Shown here: positions 1 to 10,569 of the stretch, one piece after another
Layout: the number at the start of each line of letters is the position of its first letter
Position numbering within the stretch: position 1 is the stretch's first letter
Assembly (NCBI RefSeq): GCF_001194135.2
Contig: NC_068983.1
Span: 4,426,893-4,470,630, forward strand
Reading direction: 5' to 3'
Origin: Octopus bimaculoides
Taxonomy: Eukaryota
DNA: 43,738 nucleotides
Position numbers and translations under genes: made by a program
Notes under the pieces: generated by a model
Database searches by the model: none
What the model was told of the DNA's origin: nothing
Seen by the model: only the letters and a program-made list of their open reading frames with translations

Positions 1-326
1 AGCGTGGCCGTTGCCAGTACCGCCTGACTGGCTCCCGTAGGATTTTCGAGTGAGATCGTTGCCAGTGCCCCTGGACTGGCTTGTGCGGGTGGCACATAAA
101 AGACACCATTTCGAGCGTGGCCGTTTTCGTGCGGGTGACACGTAAAAGCACCCACTACACTCTCTGAGTGGTTGGCGTTAAGAAGGGCATCCAGCTGTAG
201 AAACTCTGCCAAATTAGATTGGAGCCTGGTGTTGCCATCCGGTTTCACCAGTCCTCAGTCAAATCGTCCAACCCATGCTAGCATGGAAAGCGGACGTTAA
301 ACGATGATGATGATGATGATGATGAT
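1..326 (+). mobile_element. SINE 3' portion with internal subrepeats and (GAT)n tail
   Basis: Ends ...CCAACCCATGCTAGCATGGAAAGCGGACGTTAAACGATGATGAT. Homologous copies at 3333-3597 (-) and 3906-4092 (+). The 5' end lies outside the window. Confidence 0.8.
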
Positions 327-611
327 ATATATATATATGGTGGACTCTCCCGTCAAAGATGATGTATGAGCATTCATCTTGTGCTGAATGATCTGCTCAA
401 ATGAATTGTTTCTAGTGATCAAATGTATGTGCTGTACATTAACTTGCTTCTTCCACAAAGTCGACATTGTCTGACCAGGTGCACACAGGTGTACCATGGG
501 TCAGGTGTCGAAGTGATCACATAACAACATGAGATGAAGTGTTTTGCTCAAGAACACAACATACCACCCGGTCTAGGAATTGAACACACGCACACACATA
601 TTGAATATATA

Positions 612-823
612 TTCTTTTCTAATCTAGGCACAAGGCCCGAGATTTTTGGGAAGGAGTCCAGTCGATTAGATCGACCCTAGTACGCAACTGGTACTTAATT
701 TACTGACCCTGTAAGGATGAAATGCAAAGTCGACTTCGGCGGAATTTGAACTCAGAAGTAAAGACAGATGAAATACCACTAAGCATTTCGCCCTGTGTGC
801 TAACGTTTCTGCCAGCTCGCCGC
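612..823 (-). mobile_element. tRNA-derived SINE (family with GGCGGTGAGCTGGCAGAA head), near full length
   Basis: Minus strand reads GCGGCGAGCTGGCAGAAACGTTAGCAC...GAGTTCAAATTCCGCCGAAGTCGAC...GGGCCTTGTGCCTAGATTAGAAAAG. B-box-like GAGTTCAAAT. Many copies in the window. Confidence 0.85.
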
Positions 824-1373
824 GTTAAATGATTTCAAATTTTTGCCACATGATTCAGGATTTTTTACAACAAGAAATTAGGCTTAAAATCTTACCAAAT
901 TCTAATCTCGAAATTTTCTCATTCAAAAGACTTTAATTTTTACTTATAGTAAGAGTTACCTCCCATGTTCCATTTTGCATAAAAAAAACAACGGAAAAGA
1001 AATTTTGGTGATTAAGATAAAATACGATAAATAATATAGAGCAGAACACATGAGTGAATTTATTTTGTATAAGAACATAAGATTGGTGTTGCTCTAAGCT
1101 ATTTTTATTTAAAATTTATTGAGAGAAATTGAATTTTAAGCAAAACGAAGAATTCTAAATTTCATTCCAGAACGTGTCAGATTCTCTGCAGTTACAGAAC
1201 ATACACACACTCAAGGTAGAGTGTGGGTGTATACATGAGTGTGTTTAAGTTTGTGTCTCCTTTTCGTGTCATCATGCAATAGTTATAAACGAGAATGTCT
1301 GTCATGCAAGCGGTGCCCGTTATTTCTAGTCTTTCGTGGAAAACACGCCCAGACACGAAAGGTGAGAGTATAG

Positions 1374-1546
1374 CTTAGCGGTATTTCGTCTTCCATTACG
1401 TTCTGAGTTCAAATTTCGCCGAGATCGATTTTGCCTTTCATCCTTTCAGGGTCGATAAATTAAGTACCAGTTACACACTGGGGTCGATTTAATCGACTGG
1501 ACCCCTCCCCCAAAAATTTGGGCCTTGTGCCTTAAAGTAGAAAAGA
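1374..1546 (+). mobile_element. Same SINE family, 5'-truncated, inverted relative to 612-823
   Basis: GCTTAGCGGTATTTCGTC...GAGTTCAAATTTCGCCGAG...GGGCCTTGTGCCTTAAAGTAGAAAAG. Confidence 0.85.
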
Positions 1547-1599
1547 CTACTTACAGTTGTGTCCCCTTCACTGAGTCCTATTTTTCTCTTTTGTTGCAG

Positions 1600-1743
1600 A
1601 CTGCTGCTAAAATGATTAAAGAAACGATGGACAAGAAATTTGGTGCTTCTTGGCACGCTGTGGTTGGTGAGGGTTATGGCTTTGAGATAACACATGAAGT
1701 AAAGAATTTATTGTATATGTTCTTTGGTGGGAATATTGCTATT
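1600..1743 (+). CDS. DNAL4: Dynein axonemal light chain 4, last coding exon (3' end lost in gap)
   Basis: Polypyrimidine tract and acceptor TTTTTCTCTTTTGTTGCAG, then phase-0 TAAKMIKETMDKKFGASWHAVVGEGYGFEITHEVKNLLYMFFGGNIAI. This closely matches the human DNAL4 C-terminus as I recall it (SAAKMIKETMDKKFGSSWHVVIGEGFGFEITHEVKNLLYLYFGGTLAV). The last ~5 codons and the stop fall in Ns. Upstream exons were not found in 1-1599. Confidence 0.95.
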
Positions 1744-2172
1744 NNNNNNNNNNNNNNNNNNNNNNNNNNNNNNNNNNNNNNNNNNNNNNNNNNNNNNNNN
1801 NNNNNNNNNNNNNNNNNNNNNNNNNNNNNNNNNNNNNNNNNNNNNNNNNNNNNNNNNNNNNNNNNNNNNNNNNNNNNNNNNNNNNNNNNNNNNNNNNNNN
1901 NNNNNNNNNNNNNNNNNNNNNNNNNNNNNNNNNNNNNNNNNNNNNNNNNNNNNNNNNNNNNNNNNNNNNNNNNNNNNNNNNNNNNNNNNNNNNNNNNNNN
2001 NNNNNNNNNNNNNNNNNNNNNNNNNNNNNNNNNNNNNNNNNNNNNNNNNNNNNNNNNNNNNNNNNNNNNNNNNNNNNNNNNNNNNNNNNNNNNNNNNNNN
2101 NNNNNNNNNNNNNNNNNNNNNNNNNNNNNNNNNNNNNNNNNNNNNNNNNNNNNNNNNNNNNNNNNNNNNNNN

Positions 2173-2217
<45 letters not shown>

Positions 2218-2510
2218 TATAAAAATTCAATAAAGTCACTGCTGATTCATATAACATTCGTAATTGAGGGAACCTTGAACTGCTAGAAATAGCAGCCAGA
2301 TATTCTTCAAATCACAATGTCGTCAAATAAAACATGATGGCCAAAGTTGGATTGCCTTTCATCTTAGGTTAGCTCAGTCAGAGGTGACTGTGGTTAAACA
2401 TTAGCAGCAACAACAAATACTACTACTACTACTACTGCTGCTGCTGCTACCACCACCACTACCACCACCGACATTAACACTTCATGATGTGTATGAGTAA
2501 CACATTCCCT

Positions 2511-2718
2511 ATGTTCTATATTTAAGAGATGAGGAATTATGTACATTACTTACATTTGACAGATATTTGTCCTCATCTTGTTTGTTGTTAACACGTTTCA
2601 GCTGATATACCCTCCAGCCTTCATCAGGTGTCTTGGGGAAATTTCGAACCTGGGAATTAAACTCGGAATCTTGGGGTTAGTAGCCCGTGCTCTTAACGAC
2701 TACTCTCTTAACCACTAC
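2511..2718 (-). mobile_element. tRNA-headed SINE-like unit with Penelope-type HHR tail, left copy (internal deletion, damaged HHR)
   Basis: Minus strand: GTGTAGTGGTTAAGAG..CACGGGCTACTAACCCCAAGATTCCGAGTT, then CCCAGGTTCGAAATTTCCCCAAGACACCTGATGAAGGCTGGAGGGTATATCAGCTGAAACGTGTTAAC... Confidence 0.75.
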
Positions 2719-2728
2719 ACGAGTACTT

Positions 2729-2797
2729 GGCATAGTGAGTGGTTAAGAGCGCAGGCTACTAACCCGAAGATTCTGAGTTCGATGCCAAGCAGTGACT

Positions 2798-2832
<35 letters not shown>

Positions 2833-2976
2833 TACATCGAAAAATACCTTAGGAATGAGAACCCAGGTTTGAAATTCCCCCAGGACACCTGATGAAGGCT
2901 GGAGGGTATATCAGCCGAAACGTTGTGTTAATAACAAACAAGATGATGACAAATATCCGTCAAATGTAAATAATGT
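2729..2976 (+). mobile_element. tRNA-headed SINE-like unit with (AAT)n linker and Penelope-type HHR tail, right copy
   Basis: A-box-like TAGTGAGTGGTTA, B-box GAGTTCGATGCC, (AAT)n, then a tail that is the reverse complement of 2543-2654. Confidence 0.8.
2884..2929 (+). ncRNA. Minimal type I hammerhead ribozyme
   Basis: Stem I GACAC(2884-88)/GTGTT(2925-29); core CTGATGA 2889-95; extra A; stem II GGCTG/CAGCC; GAAA 2917-20; loopless palindromic stem III ACGT; cleavage triplet GUU (after 2924). Confidence 0.8.
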
Positions 2977-3332
2977 TCCCTGTGTGTCTATTTTTCTGCT
3001 TGTCTGTGTGTCTGACTCTATCTGTCTGTCTGTCTGTGTGTATGTAGATAGGGTTAAAATGCAAGCTGTGCCCTCATGGATCACATCTACTTATTCCAGT
3101 ATATTCCAAATCTGCTTGTAGATGTTGTGTATCTGTGTGAGGTAGGTGTAAGAGTTGAAAAACACTGGAAAATATTTCCTGTAATATCAAAACAGGAGAT
3201 TGGAAAATGTTTTGATATCTGTCCATCCATCTGTCTGCCCCTCTATTTGTACACACACACACACACACACACGTATACAAAGAACTATATGTGTGTTTGT
3301 GTATCTACATATGTATGTAGGTATGTATAATT

Positions 3333-3597
3333 ATCATCATCATCATCGTTTAACGTCCGTTTTCCATGCTGGCATGGGTTGGACGGTTTGATTGGGGATT
3401 GGCAAGCCAGGAGGCCGCACCAGGCTCCAATCTTATCCGGCAAAACTTCTGCAGCTGGATGCCGTTCCTAACACCAACCACTCTGAGAGTGTAGTGAGTG
3501 CTTTTTAGATGCCACTGGCACGGGAGCCATTCAGGCGGCACTGGCATCGGCCACATTCAGACGGTGCTTTTTACATGCTACCGGCACAGGAGGTCAT
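3333..3597 (-). mobile_element. SINE 3' portion with (GAT)n tail
   Basis: Reverse complement of the element at 1-326 (CATCATCGTTTAACGTCCGTTTTCCATGCTGGCATGGGTTGG...). Confidence 0.8.
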
Positions 3598-3905
3598 AGA
3601 ATATGTGTTTCACCTGATGATTTATGGAACCCAGTTAAATAGACCATCAGTGCTTTTAGTATTGAGTCAGCACATCAATGTGCCATTGTTTTTCTTAAAC
3701 CTGCTGTAAAATAATAACCTCAATTTAACACATATATACATATGTGTGTGTGTGTACGTATGTGTGTATGTGTACACACATGCACACACATTCATTCAAA
3801 GCTGTTGGTTCTTACTCTTGGTGAGTCATTACTTATTGCAATACACACATATTTTTTCTTTATGGTAGGAAACTTAATTACCAATGGTTCAAAAATCACT
3901 GGGGA

Positions 3906-4092
3906 GGGTGCCATGTAAAAAAATGCATCCAATCTACTCTGTGGAGTGGTTGGCATTAGGAAGGGCACCCAGATGTAGAAACCATGCCAAAACAGACAAT
4001 GGAACCCAGTGTGGTTTTCAGCCTTACCAGCTCCTGTCAAACCATCCAACCCATACCTATCTGGGAAATAGATGTTAAATGAAGAGGATGAG
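3906..4092 (+). mobile_element. Diverged SINE 3' portion, same family as 1-326
   Basis: GAGTGGTTGGCATTAGGAAGGGCACCCAGATGTAGAAACC...CCAACCCATACC...GATGTTAAATGAAGAGGATGA. Confidence 0.65.
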
Positions 4093-4272
4093 ATCACTAA
4101 ACCTGGCTCTTCATTCCATTTCATCACTATGATGCAGGTTTAGGGCTTGAAAGTTGTTTTTTCTTTTATGTCTACCACAGCATGGTCTGTTGTGCAGGAT
4201 TTCACTCACAGAATCGCAACTAATTTGCATATTATTTGCGACTTCACCAATATACAGGCGCAGAAGGGCAGC

Positions 4273-4482
4273 AAGCTGGAAGAATTGTTAGCAGACAGGG
4301 CGAAATGTTTAGCGGTACTTTGTCTGCTGTTACGTCCTGAGTTCAAATTCCAGTGAGGTCAACTTTGCCTTACATTCTTTCAGGGTCGATTAAATAAGTA
4401 CACACTGGGGTCGATGTAATCGACTTAATCCCTTTGTTTATCCCTCTATGTTTAGGCCCCTGTGGGCAACAAAGAGATAAAT
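4273..4482 (+). mobile_element. tRNA-derived SINE, alternative-tail variant
   Basis: Same head and body as 612-823 but with tail CCCTTTGTTTATCCCTCTATGTTTAGGCCCCTGTGGGCAACAAAGAGATA, shared with 7903-8108. Confidence 0.75.
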
Positions 4483-4487
4483 ATATA

Positions 4488-4650
4488 GGCACAGACATGA
4501 TTGTGTGGTAAGAAGCTTGCTTCCCAGCTACATGGTTCTGGGTTCAATCCCATAGTGTGACACCTTGGACAAGTGTCTTCTGCTATAATCTTGGACCAAC
4601 CAAAGCTTTGAGAACGGATTTGGTGAACAGAACCTGTAAGAAGGCCGTGG
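4488..4650 (+). mobile_element. tRNA-derived CORE-type SINE head
   Basis: GTGTGGTAAGAAGCTTGC...GGGTTCAATCCC...CACCTTGGACAAGTGTCTTC. Homologous to the 5' half of 42185-42572. Confidence 0.7.
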
Positions 4651-5158
4651 TGTGTGTGTGTGTGTGTGTGTGTTTCCCCCTTAAGCAAGTGTTTTGTCCC
4701 CTAACTTTTTCCCCTCTAAGCGGGCCCAGGCCACATCCTGGTCATGACTCCTGTGTGCCCCTCTTCTGACACCATTTCAGCTCCTTGGATATCGGAGACT
4801 TGTGCATTTAAACTTCTTGGAGATTTCATTTCGTTGGAACTCCTCTCTGTTGTCTCAGCTTTCAAAAACGATATTTGACAGAAGGAATAACGTTGGTTGT
4901 CGTCTAAGGTGGTGGTCACATTTGTTGTTGAGGTTTCATGTTGGAAACTGCACATTAGTGACGAGAGAGGGACACCATGTCTAAGAATGCATGCGTAATT
5001 AATTTTATCACCGATAGGAAAAGATATATTAATGTATTGCAGGTAATTAGTGACTGATTAACGAATAATCAAGAAACATTTCTTTCAGTCTGGTTGAGAA
5101 AGCTTCAATGTTATTTGATCTATCAACACCACCTCCATCATCATCATCATCGTCCTTC

Positions 5159-5195
<37 letters not shown>

Positions 5196-5239
5196 TATTT
5201 ATTCATCCAGCTTTATTGCTATTAACTTTCCCGCCTTCG

Positions 5240-5293
<54 letters not shown>

Positions 5294-5894
5294 CAAAAAC
5301 TTGTACTAAAATATATTGTCAAACTTTCAATAAAGAATACCAAAAACAAGAAACTTTCGGAGTTGTCTCCCATCAATCATGACCTGCATTTTTTGTGGTG
5401 TTCAGAGTGCGGCAGAAAANNNNNNNNNNNNNNNNNNNNNNNNNNNNNNNNNNNNNNNNNNNNNNNNNNNNNNNNNNNNNNNNNNNNNNNNNNNNNNNNN
5501 NNNNNNNNNNNNNNNNNNNNNNNNNNNNNNNNNNNNNNNNNNNNNNNNNNNNNNNNNNNNNNNNNNNNNNNNNNNNNNNNNNNNNNNNNNNNNNNNNNNN
5601 NNNNNNNNNNNNNNNNNNNNNNNNNNNNNNNNNNNNNNNNNNNNNNNNNNNNNNNNNNNNNNNNNNNNNNNNNNNNNNNNNNNNNNNNNNNNNNNNNNNN
5701 NNNNNNNNNNNNNNNNNNNNNNNNNNNNNNNNNNNNNNNNNNNNNNNNNNNNNNNNNNNNNNNNNNNNNNNNNNNNNNNNNNNNNNNNNNNNNNNNNNNN
5801 NNNNNNNNNTTTTAAAGAAATCATTAATATTTGTCTAATTAAAGCTGTGCATGGCAGAATCGGTAGAGCATCGGATAAAACGGCTTGTGATGAC

Positions 5895-6142
5895 TTTTAT
5901 CTTTCATCTGTTACTTGTTTCAGTCATTAGACTGCGGCCATGCTGGGGCACCACCTTGAAGAAGTTTTAGTCAAATGAATCGAACTCAGTAATTTTTTTT
6001 TAAGCCTGGCACTTATTTTATCAGTCTCCCTTGTTGAACTGCTAAGTTACGGGGACATGAATACACTAACACGAGTTGTCAGACAAACGCAGAAACACAC
6101 ACGCACACACACGACGGGCTTCTTTCAGTTTCCGTCCACCAA
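5895..6142 (-). mobile_element. SINE 3' portion (GACTGAAACAAGTAA tail family)
   Basis: Reverse complement matches 39883-40060 and 42300-42572 (GGTGCCCCAGCATGGCCGCAGTC..GACTGAAACAAG). Confidence 0.75.
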
Positions 6143-6540
6143 TACTTGGAAGTTTTTGTCTTGCCTAAAATAAACTGGCCTTCATTCTAGTTAAAAGACG
6201 GTGGCTTATATGTTTGTCTGTTTGTCAGTCATTGTGTCTGTCTGTCTGTCTACCTGCCTTCTCTCTCTTTCTGTCTGTCTGTCTGTCTCTCTCTGTTACA
6301 AGGAAAGAAAACTATGAATGTCTGATATACGATAGGGACTCTTGCGACCGTCTCCGTTATACGGCAAAACAAGAAGACTGAAATGAAATCAGTCTGGGTG
6401 AAGGGCAGAGTCCTTTTTTTCTTTTTTTCAGTTTTTGTTGTTAAACACTTCGATTTAAAAAAAGATTTTAATGACCGTCCCTACCAGGAACAAAATTTAT
6501 ACATACTACACACACACACACACACACAAACGCACACACT

Positions 6541-6832
6541 AGCACTCCGTCGGTTACGACGGCGTGGATTCCAATTGATCCGATCACCGGAACGGCCGTC
6601 TCGTAGAATTAACGTGAAAGTGGTTGAGTACTCCACTGGCACAGCGTGGCACAGGATATGATAAAACTGGCCCCTTTGAATAATAGGTACTACTCATTTT
6701 TGCCCGCTGTATGGACTGGAGCAACATGAAATAAAGTGTATTGCTCGAGGACACAACGCGCCGCCGGGAATCGAACTCACAATCCTACGACCGTGAGCCG
6801 AATGCCCTAACCATTAAACCACGCGCCTTCAC
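6541..6832 (-). mobile_element. tRNA-derived CORE-SINE, near full length
   Basis: Minus strand head GTGAAGGCGCGTGGTTTAATGGTTAGGGCATTCGGC...GAGTTCGATTCCC, followed by CORE-like GTTGTGTCCTCGAGCAATACACTTTATTTCATGTTGCTCCAGTCC. Confidence 0.85.
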
Positions 6833-7902
6833 ATACGTGCGCACACACATGCACGCACGCGCACAAAAGTCTTAATCCAAATCCTGTTGCCAGTTTTAAG
6901 GTTTTGTTCACTCGTAACTTACTTTCGCCCATTTTCGAAATCCTACGCCCCCGCCGTGAAATTATCGACTCCACCACAGACAGACACACAGGTCGACCAG
7001 AGCCTTATGAGTCGGTTTGGTGGACGGAAACTGAAAGAAGCCTGTCGTATATATATATATATATGTATATATGTATATATANNNNNNNNNNNNNNNNNNN
7101 NNNNNNNNNNNNNNNNNNNNNNNNNNNNNNNNNNNNNNNNNNNNNNNNNNNNNNNNNNNNNNNNNNNNNNNNNNNNNNNNNNNNNNNNNNNNNNNNNNNN
7201 NNNNNNNNNNNNNNNNNNNNNNNNNNNNNNNNNNNNNNNNNNNNNNNNNNNNNNNNNNNNNNNNNNNNNNNNNNNNNNNNNNNNNNNNNNNNNNNNNNNN
7301 NNNNNNNNNNNNNNNNNNNNNNNNNNNNNNNNNNNNNNNNNNNNNNNNNNNNNNNNNNNNNNNNNNNNNNNNNNNNNNNNNNNNNNNNNNNNNNNNNNNN
7401 NNNNNNNNNNNNNNNNNNNNNNNNNNNNNNNNNNNNNNNNNNNNNNNNNNNNNNNNNNNNNNNNNNNNNNNNNNNNNNNNNNNNNNNNNNNNNNNNNNNN
7501 NNNNNNNNNNNNNNNNNNNNNNNNNNNNNNNNNNNNNNNNNNNNNNNNNNNNNNNNNNNNNNNNNNNNNNNNNNNNNNNNNNNNNNNNNNNNNNNNNNNN
7601 NNNNNNNNNNNNNNNNNNNNNNNNNNNNNNNNNNNNNNNNNNNNNNNNNNNNNNNNNNNNNNNNNNNNNNNNNNNNNNNNNNNNNNNNNNNNNNNNNNNN
7701 NNNNNNNNNNNNNNNNNNNNNNNNNNNNNNNNNNNNNNNNNNNNNNNNNNNNNNNNNNNNNNNNNNNNNNNNNNNNNNNNNNNNNNNNNNNNNNNNNNNN
7801 NNNNNNNNNNNNNNNNNNNNNNNNNNNNNNNNNNNNNNNNNNNNNNNNNNATAAGCTGTTTGTCTATCTATCTATCTATCTATCTATTCATACATACATA
7901 TA

Positions 7903-8107
7903 TATTTCTTTATTGCCCACAGGGGGCAAAACATAGAGGGGATAAACAAGGGATTAAGTCGATTACATCGACCTCAGTGCGTAACTCGTACTTATTTAAT
8001 CGATCCCCGAAAGGATGAAAGGCAAAGTCGACCTCGGCGGAATTTGAACTCAGAACGTAAAGACAGACGAAACACCGCTCAGCATTTCGTTCTGCCAGCT
8101 CACCACC

Positions 8108-8108
<1 letters not shown>
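7903..8108 (-). mobile_element. tRNA-derived SINE, alternative-tail variant
   Basis: Reverse complement of the 4273-4482 type copy. Confidence 0.8.
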
Positions 8109-8138
<30 letters not shown>

Positions 8139-8524
8139 CACACATACATACATACAGACATACATATACACATACATACATATTTACGTACAAACATACC
8201 TCTTACAGATTTAATATTTATATTCAAATATAGACATTGAATATACATTTGTGTGTGTGTGTGTGTGTGTCTGTGTGTGTGCCTGTGTATAGGGGTACAA
8301 GGGTTTGTAGGGCGGTGTGTGAATGTTTCAGCCTTATTAAATCTCTTCAATGAAATAGGTATGTAGTTAGGTAAGTAGGTAGGCTGGTAAATGCTAGGTA
8401 GATTGATAATAAGAGATAAGTAAACAGGTAGCTACATAAATGGGGAAATAGGTAACAAAGCAGGTAGCTACGTTAGCAGAAAGGTGCGTAGGTAGTTAGG
8501 GCGGTTGCTATGACAGATGAATGG

Positions 8525-8578
<54 letters not shown>

Positions 8579-9941
8579 NNNNNNNNNNNNNNNNNNNNNN
8601 NNNNNNNNNNNNNNNNNNNNNNNNNNNNNNNNNNNNNNNNNNNNNNNNNNNNNNNNNNNNNNNNNNNNNNNNNNNNNNNNNNNNNNNNNNNNNNNNNNNN
8701 NNNNNNNNNNNNNNNNNNNNNNNNNNNNNNNNNNNNNNNNNNNNNNNNNNNNNNNNNNNNNNNNNNNNNNNNNNNNNNNNNNNNNNNNNNNNNNNNNNNN
8801 NNNNNNNNNNNNNNNNNNNNNNNNNNNNNNNNNNNNNNNNNNNNNNNNNNNNNNNNNNNNNNNNNNNNNNNNNNNNNNNNNNNNNNNNNNNNNNNNNNNN
8901 NNNNNNNNNNNNNNNNNNNNNNNNNNNNNNNNNNNNNNNNNNNNNNNNNNNNNNNNNNNNNNNNNNNNNNNNNNNNNNNNNNNNNNNNNNNNNNNNNNNN
9001 NNNNNNNNNNNNNNNNNNNNNNNNNNNNNNNNNNNNNNNNNNNNNNNNNNNNNNNNNNNNNNNNNNNNNNNNNNNNNNNNNNNNNNNNNNNNNNNNNNNN
9101 NNNNNNNNNNNNNNNNNNNNNNNNNNNNNNNNNNNNNNNNNNNNNNNNNNNNNNNNNNNNNNNNNNNNNNNNNNNNNNNNNNNNNNNNNNNNNNNNNNNN
9201 NNNNNNNNNNNNNNNNNNNNNNNNNNNNNNNNNNNNNNNNNNNNNNNNNNNNNNNNNNNNNNNNNNNNNNNNNNNNNNNNNNNNNNNNNNNNNNNNNNNN
9301 NNNNNNNNNNNNNNNNNNNNNNNNNNNNNNNNNNNNNNNNNNNNNNNNNNNNNNNNNNNNNNNNNNNNNNNNNNNNNNNNNNNNNNNNNNNNNNNNNNNN
9401 NNNNNNNNNNNNNNNNNNNNNNNNNNNNNNNNNNNNNNNGTTTCAGGTGAGGTCAACGACTGAGCAGACATATTAATTACCATTATAGACACACGTGAAT
9501 AATCTATGTTGCAAACGTGAATGAAGATCCGTTGTGAACGGAGAGTGTCAGAAAGATATGCACTTTAGTATAAAACTGACACGTTGAGAAATCGACACAT
9601 GCACATAACGCACTATCTTCTCTCTCTCTCTCTCTCTCTCCCTCTCTCTATATATATTATTTGTGTGTGTGTGTGTGTGTGTATGCGTGTGTATATATAT
9701 ATATTAATAGAATGGTATGACAGCAAAAGAATGAATGAGACCTCGATATTATGTAAATAGAGGCACAATACATGTAGCTATCTCTCACTAGCTGGAGTAC
9801 TTTTTTTGTTGTATTTTCTGTCACGGAACAGTACATTATATATGCGTGAGTGGGTGTGCGCGCGCGCACGTATGTGTGTGTGTGTAATGTGTGCATATAT
9901 ATATAGATACACACAGACATACATACCTACATAGGTATATA

Positions 9942-10569
9942 CGAGGGAGTACCCAAAAGTAACCGGAAATGTTCTGTGAAACAAGCTCGTTGTTCTCCAG
10001 GCTTCCGCTGTTCGAAGCCACTTGATGCGACCCTCAGGCATCAGTCTGCCGACCGGTGTTGTCCAGTGTGGTCATACTGCCGCGTGGTGCGTCTTTGTTT
10101 TGTAGTGCTCCTCTCCTGTTTGTCGATTTTTGCGATGGCTGTAACGAAGGGACAGAGTGCTTCCGTGGAATTCTGTTTTCTGCTGGAGAAAACGGTGGCC
10201 GAAACAGTTGTCAGGCTTCAAACAGCTTGCAAGGACGCTGCCATGAGCAAAACACAAGTTTACGAGTGGTTTTCACGCTTTAAGAATGGTCACTTGTCGT
10301 TTGAAGACCAACCTCGTTCAGGACGACCGTCGACCTCCCGAACGGATAAAAACATTAAAATTCATGAATTGATCTCGGAGGACCGCCACCGAACAATTAA
10401 TAAATTTGTTGATATGACTGGTGTGTCCTGGAGCTCCTACCAACGAATTTTGAGCGAGGAATTGCAAATGAAAATAGCTGCAGCAAAATTTGTGCCTCGC
10501 TTGCTCACGGACGATCAAAAGCAGTCACGACTGAATGCGTGTCATGAGCTGAAAGAACAGCTGGAAGTC
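9942..10569 (+). mobile_element. Mariner transposon, 5' half (TIR plus transposase DNA-binding region), truncated
   Basis: TA + CGAGGGAGTACCCAAAAGTAACCGG left end. ATG 10135: ...SVEFCFLLEKTVAETVVRL...QVYEWFSRFKNG...EDQPRSGRPSTS...KFVPRLLTDDQKQSRLNAC. The sequence breaks off before the first catalytic Asp. No right TIR seen. Confidence 0.9.

Noticed and set aside
2729-2795. tRNA gene call for the tRNA-like heads of SINEs (here and elsewhere)
   Set aside because: They have A/B boxes but no paired acceptor stem, and they continue into SINE bodies, so they are SINE heads rather than tRNA genes.
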